From: a virus
Virus record (IMG/VR): IMGVR_UViG_3300005529_000032
Span: 6,594 to 70,593 of that record
Reading direction: 5' to 3' (one strand)
DNA: 64,000 nt
Within the stretch, counting starts at the first letter, position 1. Each line of letters opens with the position of its first letter. The notes below the pieces were generated by a model. That model did no database searches. It was not told the DNA's origin and saw only the letters and a list, made by a program, of their open reading frames with translations. The position numbers and the translations under genes were made by a program. Positions 57,901-64,000 of the stretch are shown one piece after another.

Positions 57901-58707
57901 GCCCAAGCCGATCTTTCCGGCGCCGCGCCATTTCTCTTTCGCTTCCGGCTGGGCCATCTGCTCGATGCCGCTGGCGATTTGTTGCCCGCCGAGGAGCGGG
58001 GCATCGAGTACGCCGAGAGGCCCGGTTCCCAATGCCAAGTCGCTTCCGACAGTGGATCGCTTACCCGTGCGCGGGTTGATGAAAGTGCCCGGTTGCGCCA
58101 GTTCCTCGGGAGTGTAGCCGCGCAACTCGTGCGGAGCCTGCATCAGCGCCCGCTCGGTCATTTGCGGACCGACTGCAGGGCCGCCGAGAGCTTCGGCGAT
58201 ATCTGGGGTCCGCATCTCTGGAGATCCGACCGGGTAGATACCATAGCCCTGCTGGATACGATTCATTTCCAGCTCTGACTTCGTATGGGCGATTAAGCTC
58301 GGGTCGTGCTGCTTGAGCTCCTCGGGGTGATAGCCGACCGGCGTTGTGTCTTGCACAAAGGCGCCTGGACGGTAGCGTGCCGGGTTCACCGCAAAAGGAG
58401 TCGCGGGTGCTGGAGGATTCGCCGCCAGATCGGCATAGCGTGTTTGCGCGGGTGATTCCGTTATCGATGGAAGACCGGGCCGCGTGAACTGGTCCATCTC
58501 GCGTGCGCCTTGCGCTCGAGCTTCGGGCGAGTGCTGCAGGTAATCGAGGATCTCCCCCGAGCCATAGCCGTTCGTCCGCGCTTCCTTGAACCGGGGTGCT
58601 AAGTCGCTGCGGGAGGAAGTGAGATAGTCAACAATCTCGTCATCGGAGTAGCCGTTATCGCGCGCTTCTCCGATCTGGCCTGCGAGTTGAAGAGCGTCAG
58701 CCGCCAT
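45949..58707 (-). CDS. Giant DarB-like virion-ejected polyvalent protein (N6-adenine MTase-like + SNF2 helicase + large C-terminal domain), 4252 aa
   Basis: 'NAHYT', 'IEPGMGIGNF', 'AIGNVPF'; helicase 'AHVVGAGKT', 'FVDEADLFKN', 'FATGTPVSN', 'GAGTNVQ', 'QRDGRIVRQGN'; N-terminal 'AR.NGY...EI.DYL' repeats. Confidence 0.9.
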   Translation of the reverse strand: MAADALQLAGQIGEARDNGYSDDEIVDYLTSSRSDLAPRFKEARTNGYGSGEILDYLQHSPEARAQGAREMDQFTRPGLPSITESPAQTRYADLAANPPAPATPFAVNPARYRPGAFVQDTTPVGYHPEELKQHDPSLIAHTKSELEMNRIQQGYGIYPVGSPEMRTPDIAEALGGPAVGPQMTERALMQAPHELRGYTPEELAQPGTFINPRTGKRSTVGSDLALGTGPLGVLDAPLLGGQQIASGIEQMAQPEAKEKWRGAGKIGLGAFEAATPALAGLGAADIPMAAGWWGLSQGVSDLSTYTAKRAGMNDEDAQETGQLIGMLPALWGTGEIALRNRIQRYAQIKAEAAERWQQIGDMRERQQLGADLADRILQGVEQRYSLPDGSQVTLGAGGGDRRGSPLFQLTDETGKNVFTGKPSDILSWIRSKGATPVLPEHAPGAILPEQMQQWAEQQAGRGTGPLAQTAEQARPGASQPEDYLTPEELTLLQRDPNEIRNPRKRDQLIQRQAAVANKIQLIRNAQASRIDPFAGFEEELGEHPTKGAGVAPDLTAPRYSIQGPDPEGNYIVHQQGDLPAWHQLDLVNRRNLSDEHPDWDFVQIALESERLTTEALGQRPPLEPQVVFKGSFDEARSFIEQHAGTQIPTAPSAAMHGFEPGTKGPKATPAAGSPEEPLAEKPEPPPITKSERVSPATPNPPTAAVQTVPESPDTLNAQLGQLATGQRRVVMFPKGGPMPTQYPPGTATTHDPFGNIYVYRDDLITRGEIRRAAANNTLHELLGDASVGLGSPDKSEITPGQEITVVGRAPYGTEVQSTVTDPEHFEKTVQATQNLTPPGGSVSVESPEQVLGERQQPEAPPTVTPAPAPQDLAAPQPVEQTTTPVETPATQVAAPRLSQTGLDKAGGEMASAITGNMYDSLWQKVLAGDVTEAGAPSAVLQAAKMVRDRGGLKTPEEFRTFAQEYSQIPRDQNFQTAMRDLVGRHIPAPAAPLPEDLARPQEVGAQAREAQPSSQVEVPSAKVEAPSGKLPVLTFDTFKNDEIEAQNDQLKRWNAAYQRAYLSRQQDARAKGIEPDEEYLTEFASKDADRQEGKRISDEEVERNAREGYANYLKWDWDAWEAAKRVWGESVGEHARRLNAEHPDWTTAKINHEAWRAAGPRPERDDFPRAQTTEIAPTPEPTEPQDLGTPHAIEAAPQESEAAAPEFKEGDRVQWTRTNGDVVTGTIRGIDQEDGTARVKGDEGMKIPGYHPIGKVYTVPLNLLTNAEAPAPEPAVDLARPRDIEAPEKIEAEEPSDAGTAGTERGGREPVRGEGPRALEGIPAQDVRGPGEGGETLPGGLGGGGEHAGPHADTHVEPEQHAVRPGAGDRVPGVVSPAGGTRASDVQAEPTPTNNLSGDFRLTVEEAAAIENSGAKTRARANLEAIRTIKQIIAEGNRAATLEEQQKIAKFVGWGMSEIAQGIFTGYKREWAGLREDLHGLLSREELRAAEASTQNAHYTRRDIAAAMWDALKRMGFHAGQSVIEPGMGIGNFFMMMPEDLMPGTSRTGVELDVMTGAMSRALFPGSNVLVKGYQETNLPDNYFDAAIGNVPFANHPVVDPAYKRQPFLTKNVHNYFFAKTMDKLRPGGIMFAITSRYTMDGQNQGFRKWMNERAELLGAIRLPRDTFQENAGTSVTVDIIALRKRMPGEVPLTDNKWLESPKLTMPGGELVNVNEYFHAHPEMMMGEMRPGTQYARGYPELFGEFSMDKLKDLFNRLPANVMPDWTAGHTGANDELVENYPDASHIKDHQFGIVNGAVVQRQGGVFKPVTFKGKKLDRMRGLIELRGMAREVIRTQRLDMPEEEVTKARADLNKEYAGFVAEYGPVGLLGNALVFAQDPDWPVVSGLLEDFNKDAYRDAPKAAKDKGKWSVSKDGKQVVLTHGKDRYVIAKTRPIFHGRTIQKPQRIERVDTAAEALAVSLNELGRMDWDRMQELTGRDPATLQKELTGKIFRNPTSNKWETQDEYLSGNVRQKLADAKFIAEEHPEFQANVEALEKVQPAWKPAGKIKASLGATWIPDTDYSRFAHEVLRVEGAMGSPERPASQAVNYIVQTGTFGVNTSPHFSDHGVANTTEFGTAYFDGIDLFEKALNGQSPVARDTYTDMDGNERTVKNPDETIKAVEKQQKLKDAFTNWLWRDPERSQRLEQKFNIEVNNLRLREYDGSHLTFPGLNTSWLRSGKPEPHQQNAVWRTIQSGNTLYAHVVGAGKTLEMIMAAMELRRLGMRKKPLVAVPNHLVQQWADDWMRAYPGAQILVPTKKDFEKQNRQRLMARIASGNYDAVIVGHKSFEKLGVKPETYKNFVEEQLSEIEEAIDAARAGMSDKDARQNPTIKQLYRRKASLEAKLEKRLKKESKDTGLTFEELGVDQIFVDEADLFKNLGYMTQMDRIAGLPNTDSDRATDMLLKTRFVSGLHGGDKGVVFATGTPVSNSIAEIWTMMRYLMPNYLEREGFDQFDAWAKTFGETRTQMEVAPEGGRFIQRTRFSKFKNAAQMMAMFRLVADIRTAKQLNLPTPAVYKGGYVDIVAPASDALKEYVLHIGERADAVRAGEVEPEQDNMLKISSDGRKASLDMRLVRPSLPDDPKSKPNLAVKQILDVYNEFKDLKGTQLVFLDLGTPKSEKVKAKPALEIANKPAAEADEEDPFGGKEEEEEEEAETAEESRERASVYEDIKKKLVKSGIPADEIAFAQDAKTDAQKQDMFDRMNSGKLRVLLGSTEKMGAGTNVQRLLVALHHLDAPWRPRDMQQRDGRIVRQGNWLYDNGHIKSVRLYRYMTEGSFDAFMWETLSSKAAPIEQLMEGDPNMDDVDELSPLVLSYEQAKAISSGNPEIREKIILDQDIHKLDVMRGAFLSEQSAIAQQMATLPATIRATKERIQEYEEDIATRDANPDMIVAGQRFSGNEMRSKGGEALFQLLDSMGPVAQDGRTIDATYRGFELQTIARTNSIEGRTEKGRKARSFVRVQLPDKKVMYYELQGYNDVADMRNNRYMPEEIKTKELSREDAEKVHADWEKTKGEASEIPWRSATNHIAIYTTPGARLKASSGTYAISSPYGSKETSEAIMDTMKRQVEFNDLLKHQRDELRRFTKKQTELESKYGDAFPQEEKLAQMKRRQAELAMKLGETGDDKAALRAAEEAQTNPSNPLYKFLQDPNASIHAKWLPQRKWQGSSSNGSRFTVKGNIVTPELGVSEEKPAYRGAGPTWNVQHIPSGLLIRGGLRTDWHAVDYARKAAASLDWNWTKMPAGFQDKARDFNNKWTPPAETPEQSKERLNADPDEWYVERGEGEVSLEHGKGPLLVRRSEGERGSIILAPQDLAKLQKFAGDLHELFSEDIAPVFKSAAQRLAKSLDDIQSLTAPQTRGEPARKGTGMLREMMSEQDQRRDRAYNALKTFKDYFYKSGVKKHGVYGLDVYDAIETGQTAKLSPIERAFADVARKMFDGRYQELQDLGILRAYIENYLPHEYKKPDQAADWVQGWLQKRPIAGSEAFKKQRKYPTLKEALEDPDFTLEAKFDNPVDFILSKLAQMDKSITAHLVFDELQSEGRIAYVRAGGERQARAQGLAPIDDRIFTVFGPKRGAVKIDIPAPRPQDYEDPEDFEIAQADWEHTSKHINDVVSPSYVRVFGRREMGRYWAAEPLARVINNHLSPGIQLDAFKLWRDANNTLNMIELSASWYHGLTTALNSSFSDIALGLKQLAAAKPIEAGKAIVRGFTPFASVTSDFLSGTKLQKVWDGTEQAPDPMTYAIVDALKKGGGRARQDLYYATNWTQGMKNAWNRQGNFLRRIFGTSIRAPFAAMEQIMKPIMEYLVPRVKLGAFARRAQLELEQRPDMTLDEARERFGKIWDSIDNRFGQLSQKNLFMNGIVRNLMNAGVGRPGWNIGSVRELGGGVYDALKMIGDGARGKPVEFTDRTAFLIALLLGGAVINAVVSWLLSGQRPDELMDYVMPRDGGITEDGQPSRIVLPTYLAKDVYSYLTKPTATLVAKSAPLLSIVGGLARNRTYRNEKIIGHGGVGLGNYLGSFVTPYSVQGVKKNLERGQSLAKTALPLVGIMPAGRDVGMSKAEKIIAQFQQEQRAQVTPAPTEHSRARAQLFLATKSGDMNKVRQIAQSAIRDGTLTSADVKSIVSRAHQNTLAAAFKSLPVSGDGLYTALKAYDAASPEERKHVEGIMREKLSKAWRKPFLWDADTRDLANKLHFRTPPLVHRPDFAVPAEVQ
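54501..54821 (-). CDS. Nested TnpV-like small protein in an alternative frame of the giant gene
   Basis: GGAGG-6nt-GTG start; 'HWKEFRPKMCADLEKEGKL...RAQEIAYREW'. Confidence 0.6.
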   Translation of the reverse strand: MTPEQQARNEVEESPFAEKVLEHWKEFRPKMCADLEKEGKLYQAVWAAAVNTLDLMQTLTSSPNNMPYDRAQEIAYREWYLLPEEPAPLTFRPSQLQPITSPETSG

Positions 58708-59977
58708 GTTGTCTAAAGATGTCGCCTAGACCCTTTCGGGGCTTCCCGGTTTTCCCGCCGCCAGTAGCGCCGCCGCCCGTCGGCTTCGGTGGTGCCGAAC
58801 CGTATTGGTAGTGCGACGGATCGCCGCCCAGAATGGAAACGTCCGATTCGAAGTTGTTCTGAATGGTCTGCTTCTGAGTCGCTAAGTCGTCCCAGACTGC
58901 CTGTTTGTCCGCTTCCGTTGCCTCGGGGCCTAGTTGGGCGAGGCGTTTTCGCGCTTGCCCTTCGATCTCAAGTAAAGCAGCGTTCTTCTTGTCGTTCGCG
59001 GCCTTAAACTGCGCCGGAGTACTGCGTGGTGCGTTCGGGTCACGCGGCTCGCGGTGTTCGCGGTCGAACATCTCGCGTGCGGTGTTGACGGTTGCCGGGT
59101 CGAAGTCCTGCGGGTGAAGCATGACATCGGCGGGGTTGAGATTACGCGATGCTGCCGGCTTCATTGCCTGCTGGTAAATGGAGATCGGAACATCGGTTCC
59201 CGGAGCTACCCCGATATGCTTCGCCAGTACCGGATCAGTCACTGTTAGAGTTCGTTCCGGCTTCTCGTACTTCCCGGCTGCAATACGTGCCAGTTCGGTT
59301 GCAGTGCTCTGCGGAATCTTGGTCCCTGCCTTGAAGATGCCGCCAGTCTCTTGTTCGAGTTCCGGCGTAACGAGAACATCGCCGCCGCGGCCGAGCCCTT
59401 CCATATAGTCGGCGTGCGCCTTCATATACTGCGCTTGTGCCTGCAGTTGCTGGCTCTTCCACCATGCGCCCTGCTTGCCGGCTTCGATCTCGGCTTGCGC
59501 TTGCGCGGGCTCGAGCTCATTGGTCTGCCAACGTTGCATTGCCGCCTGATAGCCGGGATGCTGAATAGCCCCTTGCATCGAAGCGATGTCGATGGGTGGA
59601 TGCCTGCGACCAGACGCGTTACTCCATCCCGCAAGGCCGCCCGCCGCTGCCGCCGCCAAATTCTGCCACCATTTCGGCTTGTTGAGTTGCGGCCGGTCGC
59701 CATAGACGGTCTGTAGCCGGGCCATCGCGCTCTGATATCCGGCATCCGGACTTTGGGCCGTCGGGTCTTCATCCGGCGCATTGATGCCCGGTATGTAAGC
59801 TGGCGGAATCGACGACGGTCCCGTGGCGCCGGGTACAGGTTGCGCGTCCGGACTCGGACCCGTCGGTGTGCCGAGATTCGGCGCGGCTAACCGGCGATAC
59901 GGAACCGGGACGTTGAACGGATCATCATCGTCCGGGAGATAGCCGAAGTTCGGAGGCAAAGTGTTGAAAGCGGCCAC
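58697..59977 (-). CDS. Internal virion/ejection protein
   Basis: P/Q/A-rich, hydrophobic 'LAAAAAGGLAGW' segment; upstream of the giant gene. Confidence 0.6.
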   Translation of the reverse strand: MAAFNTLPPNFGYLPDDDDPFNVPVPYRRLAAPNLGTPTGPSPDAQPVPGATGPSSIPPAYIPGINAPDEDPTAQSPDAGYQSAMARLQTVYGDRPQLNKPKWWQNLAAAAAGGLAGWSNASGRRHPPIDIASMQGAIQHPGYQAAMQRWQTNELEPAQAQAEIEAGKQGAWWKSQQLQAQAQYMKAHADYMEGLGRGGDVLVTPELEQETGGIFKAGTKIPQSTATELARIAAGKYEKPERTLTVTDPVLAKHIGVAPGTDVPISIYQQAMKPAASRNLNPADVMLHPQDFDPATVNTAREMFDREHREPRDPNAPRSTPAQFKAANDKKNAALLEIEGQARKRLAQLGPEATEADKQAVWDDLATQKQTIQNNFESDVSILGGDPSHYQYGSAPPKPTGGGATGGGKTGKPRKGLGDIFRQHGG

Positions 59978-59990
59978 TTGAGAAGCTCCT

Positions 59991-61355
59991 TTAAACCCGT
60001 GCGCGGAAGGGATGGTTCATTGGTCGCGCAGCCGGAAGCGCGGCAAAACTGGGCCGCACTTTTGCGCCGGCGCGATAGTTGAGCGGAACGGCGGCCTCAC
60101 CAGGACTGAGATTGACTCGCGTCGGCTTGGTGAAAATACCGTTCGTCCCCTGTGGTGCGGTGGGCATCTGTCCGAAGCCCGGCGTCGGGTTGCGCAGCAT
60201 CTTCGGAATGTCGCCCGTTGCGATACCTCCATCGGCCAGAAAACCGGCGCCCGCCAGTTTCGAGAGACCACCTCCGATCGCCTTGCCCATATTGGTGTAG
60301 GTATCGACAGGGTTCCATGGTCGGCTCTGTTGTGGCTGACCCGTTGGCTGTGCTGGCACGTTCTTCAGCGCCATTCCGACCTTCGACCACCAAGGCACGT
60401 TTGGCGCATTGACGCCCGGCTGGTAAGCAGGAGGTGCGCTCGGGGTCCCCGAGAGTGATGGTGTGACGCCCGCTAGTGGGTCCATAACGACGTCGCCGTC
60501 CTGCATGTAGTCAGCAGTGGGCAGGCGAACAACCTTCTCCGGCCCGTTCTCGCCGACGACTGCTGGAGAGGTTCCCGGCGAAACTCCGCCCTCCTCAAGA
60601 AACGCGCTCGCGACGCCGCTCGCCGCGCCCATGAACTTATCGAAGCCGGTCGGGTTCTGGCTGGCTTGTTCTGCGGTTTGAGCACCCTGGTTCAGTCCGC
60701 CTGTCTCGGTCCCATAACTCTGCTCCTGGCGTCCGCGTGCTGCTTCGGCCTCCTGCGCCTGTTGCGCCTGCAGGCCGCCGTAATAGCCGAGCCCCTGGGC
60801 CTGCTGGCCCATGCGGGCCTGACCGATACTTTGCGCACGCTGCGCCGCGGCGTTCGAAGCCGCGACTCTCGCCTGAGTCATCGCGTCGCCTGCTTGTGCG
60901 CCTTCCTGTTGCGCCGCTCGAGCACGATAGGCCGCCATGGCTGCAGGGTTCCCTCCGGCCGCCGCGGCTGCGCGTTGCGCTGCTCCCACGCTGGCAGCAG
61001 TGCCGGTTCCTGCCGAGATGCCCGCGCCCGTGACGATCTGTTGTTGCTGCTCGGGCGTCATCTGGATCTGCGACAACTCGCTTGCGTTGTAGCCGCCTTT
61101 GCCTTGTGCGAGCGGAGATTCGATGTTGCCGAGATAGTCCTGCGTCTGTTGCGCTTGGCCCGAGTACTGATTCGCGAGTGCTTGGTCCTGGGCGCTGAGT
61201 TGCTGACCCTGTTGGTAAATGGTCTGCCGGTCGCCCTGGGTGATCTTTCTCGGGTCCGTCTCCGTGAGATCGACGTTGGGCTTTACCTTAGTGCCGCCGC
61301 CGTAGGCGTTCGGAGTGTAATAATTCGAGGATCTCGGAAAGTAAGTCGAAGCCAT
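59991..61355 (-). CDS. Internal virion/pilot protein
   Basis: A/Q/G-rich; 'GG...AVVGENGPE' and 'LADGG...LSPGEAAVP' motifs; GGAGG RBS. Confidence 0.6.
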   Translation of the reverse strand: MASTYFPRSSNYYTPNAYGGGTKVKPNVDLTETDPRKITQGDRQTIYQQGQQLSAQDQALANQYSGQAQQTQDYLGNIESPLAQGKGGYNASELSQIQMTPEQQQQIVTGAGISAGTGTAASVGAAQRAAAAAGGNPAAMAAYRARAAQQEGAQAGDAMTQARVAASNAAAQRAQSIGQARMGQQAQGLGYYGGLQAQQAQEAEAARGRQEQSYGTETGGLNQGAQTAEQASQNPTGFDKFMGAASGVASAFLEEGGVSPGTSPAVVGENGPEKVVRLPTADYMQDGDVVMDPLAGVTPSLSGTPSAPPAYQPGVNAPNVPWWSKVGMALKNVPAQPTGQPQQSRPWNPVDTYTNMGKAIGGGLSKLAGAGFLADGGIATGDIPKMLRNPTPGFGQMPTAPQGTNGIFTKPTRVNLSPGEAAVPLNYRAGAKVRPSFAALPAARPMNHPFRARV

Positions 61356-61364
61356 AAATTCCTC

Positions 61365-63617
61365 CTAAACCAAGGCAAGCGTGCCCGTCTTATAGGTGCC
61401 TGAGCTATAACGGACACGCACCTTCAGGTTGTTTCCTGTCTCGTCCAAGTAAAAGCTGATCTGACTCGCAGCGATATCAGCGTCCGCCGGCGCCGCGTTC
61501 GGAGCCATCTGCATAATTGCGCCGGTGGGTTGCGCGTTCAGCGCGAGGTGGATGCCTGTTCCGCCTGACATATCACGCGTGAGTAAGGCAATGCCACTGT
61601 CGACCGTTGTCGCGCCGCGGGCCTTGAAAATGCCCATGATGGCCGCACCATCGCGCAGTGTGCCGCCCGTGTCTTTTGAGACGAACTCGATCGTGGCGTA
61701 ATTGCCGGCCGTCGCGTTGTAGTTATTGATGCGAACGTTGATATTCGCAAGGTTCGTGGGAGTAGCATCCGCCGAGTCGCTTCCGACTTGTAGCGGTGCG
61801 GTCGCGCCGGTGAGGTTGATGCCCACACGCGCGGTAAAAAAGTTATTCGCGCTCCAGGTGTTCACGCTGCTGAGAAGAGATGTTCCCGCGCTGTTGAATG
61901 TGTTCCAGTCGCTCGAGGAGAGATACCCGCTATGCGTCGCGTCGGCTTTCGTAACCTGGATGGTTGTCCCAGATCCAAGCAGTGCGCCTGCCCCCCCTGT
62001 GATGGTTAGGACGGAGGAACCGGTTTCAGTCAAACTGCCGGACCCTGCCGTTGTGCCGCTGATCGTCCCTCCGCTGATAGCAGAGGAGGTGATGGTCGAG
62101 TTCGAGATATTCGCGCCATTGACGATAAGTTGGCCGTCCGGGAAAGCGCGGATTTTGTAATTCGTGAAGCTTCTGCCGACGGCGATGGTCTGAGCGAGAA
62201 GTCCGGCATAGTAGCGCGAGACTGTTCCGCCGCCCGAGTAAGTCCCGTTTCCATTGATCGCGGTCCCCGAGAGGTCCGTCATGGTGAAGTTACTGCCCGA
62301 GACGTTCTCAACAATGCGATAGCCGTTGATGGCGGTGTCGCCCACTGCCCCGGCGATAAAGACGGTATCGCCATTCACATAGGTATGCCCTGGCGCCGTG
62401 ATGGTGTCCGGACTGCCGTGACTGGTTGCGGTGATGCTGATCGCGGTTTCTGTAATGACCTCGATCGTGGTCACGACGTTCCCGGACTGATCGTAGAGCG
62501 ACAAAGAGGGCGGATTCGCGTCGAGATGGATCATTGCGGGGTTCGACGACGTCGTCAGCGAGATCTCGGGAATGTTCGGATTCAATAGAATCGTCCCGCT
62601 CGCCGACGTGAGAGTGATGGTCGCGTTCTTGATCTGCAGGGAGCCGTCGGCGAAAGCGCGCAGCTTGTAATTGGAGAACGAGGGACCGACGGCGATAGTC
62701 TGGGCGAGCATGCCGCCGAAGTAGCGCAAGCACGTCCCACCCGAGCTATATACACCCGCGAAAGTCGAGGACAGCAGGTCGATATGTGTTGCATCCACAA
62801 CCGAAATAATCCATTGCCCGGTCGCGTTCGGCACTCCACCCACATTCGCGACGTTGACCTGGTCGCCGCTCGAGTAAGTGTGGGCTACTGCGGTTGTGAG
62901 CCGGATCAGTCCGCTTCCGTTGTTGACGGCGCCCGAGATCTGTAAAACGCGGTCGACCTGGCCGCCCGAGGTGTAAGTTCCCGCAAAGACGGATTTCTGC
63001 AGGTCGATATGGCTCGAGTCGATGACCGTTACAGTCCAGATTCCGGTTGCGTTTGGAATGCCGCCCACTTTTTGCACACGCGCCTGATTGCCCGTGACAA
63101 GGGTGTGGCCTGCGACGGTGAGACGAACAAGGCCGCTTCCGTTGTCGGCCGCGCCGGAGACGGTAAGCACGTCGTTCTGTGCTCCCAGCCAAGCAGCATG
63201 ACCGCCGTACGGGTCGAGTATGTCGAGCCAACCGCTCTGACCGACTGTGACGGAGCCGTCTGTGTTTGCGTTGAAAAGAGCATTTTGCGGATTATTCGTT
63301 CCAAGCGGATCGCCGACATGGATCTCGTTCAGGAAATTCGTATAGCGCACGCCGCCATAGGTGAAATCGCCAAAAGCCGCTACCACCTTGCCGGTTGTCG
63401 CGTCCTTGAGCAGCAGTTGACTGACCGAGGGTGCATTCGTGGCGAGGACGGTATGTAGTTGGTCGACGTGAGACGAGAGTGACTCGATATCCCGCGCGAG
63501 CTCCTGGCTGAACGGCAGCTTTGCGTTGCGCACCTTTGCCGGAGAGACCGGCTTCGAGGGCGTCGGAGTCCCTTTGGTGATGAGCGTCGAAGTTGTCGCG
63601 TCAATTGTCGCTGCCAT
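61365..63617 (-). CDS. Tail fibre/needle-like protein with repeated beta modules
   Basis: Repeats 'GA.DNGSGL.RLT...H...G.QV.V..VGG.PNATG.W...HIDL..S.FAG.Y.SGG'; TAATG coupling. Confidence 0.65.
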   Translation of the reverse strand: MAATIDATTSTLITKGTPTPSKPVSPAKVRNAKLPFSQELARDIESLSSHVDQLHTVLATNAPSVSQLLLKDATTGKVVAAFGDFTYGGVRYTNFLNEIHVGDPLGTNNPQNALFNANTDGSVTVGQSGWLDILDPYGGHAAWLGAQNDVLTVSGAADNGSGLVRLTVAGHTLVTGNQARVQKVGGIPNATGIWTVTVIDSSHIDLQKSVFAGTYTSGGQVDRVLQISGAVNNGSGLIRLTTAVAHTYSSGDQVNVANVGGVPNATGQWIISVVDATHIDLLSSTFAGVYSSGGTCLRYFGGMLAQTIAVGPSFSNYKLRAFADGSLQIKNATITLTSASGTILLNPNIPEISLTTSSNPAMIHLDANPPSLSLYDQSGNVVTTIEVITETAISITATSHGSPDTITAPGHTYVNGDTVFIAGAVGDTAINGYRIVENVSGSNFTMTDLSGTAINGNGTYSGGGTVSRYYAGLLAQTIAVGRSFTNYKIRAFPDGQLIVNGANISNSTITSSAISGGTISGTTAGSGSLTETGSSVLTITGGAGALLGSGTTIQVTKADATHSGYLSSSDWNTFNSAGTSLLSSVNTWSANNFFTARVGINLTGATAPLQVGSDSADATPTNLANINVRINNYNATAGNYATIEFVSKDTGGTLRDGAAIMGIFKARGATTVDSGIALLTRDMSGGTGIHLALNAQPTGAIMQMAPNAAPADADIAASQISFYLDETGNNLKVRVRYSSGTYKTGTLALV

Positions 63618-64000
63618 TACTTGTTGTAGAGATCGTTCTTCGCATAACCCACGATCTCGCTCAGTTCCCACCACGCGTCGACCGCGTTCGTTCCTATCTG
63701 CACGGTGTAGTTTTCAATCCGGGCGAGGTCGAGTTTTTCCTGATACATCGTTCCCGGCTCGGGCGAGAGCGTGGCCGGAACTCCGCTTGCCGTCAATAGC
63801 GTTGGCATGACGCTGGTCGTTTTGTCTGGGCCATAGACAGTTGTGAGCAGAGTTCCATTGCCGCGGACCCAGATGTCGAGCGCCCCGACGCGGATCATGC
63901 GGGAGTTGAAGTCACTAACGCCACGGATCAAGCCGGATTCCCAAAAACTGTTGATGGCGTGCCCCTGGTCGTTCCTAGTTGTCGAGTCGAAGTGCGCGAT
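63617..64000 (-). CDS. Tail tubular/stabilisation protein, C-terminal part (5'-truncated)
   Basis: Frame open to the window edge ('GHAINSFWESG...'); position upstream of fibre and ejection genes. Confidence 0.5.
   Translation of the reverse strand: MAHFDSTTRNDQGHAINSFWESGLIRGVSDFNSRMIRVGALDIWVRGNGTLLTTVYGPDKTTSVMPTLLTASGVPATLSPEPGTMYQEKLDLARIENYTVQIGTNAVDAWWELSEIVGYAKNDLYNK

Noticed and set aside
61365-63617. Diversity-generating retroelement TR/VR pair suggested by internal repeats in the fibre gene
   Set aside because: The repeats are in-frame protein domain duplications, and no reverse transcriptase is present in the window.

Overview
This 64 kb window appears to hold most of a circularly permuted, non-integrated temperate phage genome with podovirus/P22-like architecture. 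It starts inside the major capsid gene, ends inside a tail/stabilisation gene, and carries an intact attP (3' part of tRNA-Arg(CCG)) beside a tyrosine integrase, with phage genes on both sides. An Acidobacteriota-like host is only an inference from gene content. Modules: head (capsid, scaffold, portal), signal-peptide-bearing fibre/spike and glycosidase genes, terminase, a C5-methylase, a DUF3854-VirE primase, a putative origin, small early genes, lysis, integration, recombination/replication, a lysogeny switch and a 4252-aa DarB-like ejection protein. The standout is 37265-38710. A solo RAMP/Cas7-like gene is followed by three tracts of strict 5-nt periodicity (2 variable nt plus a conserved triplet ending in C). 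Read as a gapped code (NN-skip-NN-skip), the variable dinucleotides spell codon positions 1-2 of homologues of this phage's own genes. Tract A matches the helicase zinc finger (10/14 dinucleotides), and tracts B and C match a TerS-like HTH gene more weakly. Several self-mismatches are synonymous Arg/Ser/Leu codon swaps. This looks like an RNA-guided, wobble-skipping anti-competitor-phage system (VIPR-like) with self-avoidance. Also notable: an M.EcoHK31I-type two-frame methylase, a TnpV-like gene nested in the giant gene, and a genome-wide TACYNRGTA operator.
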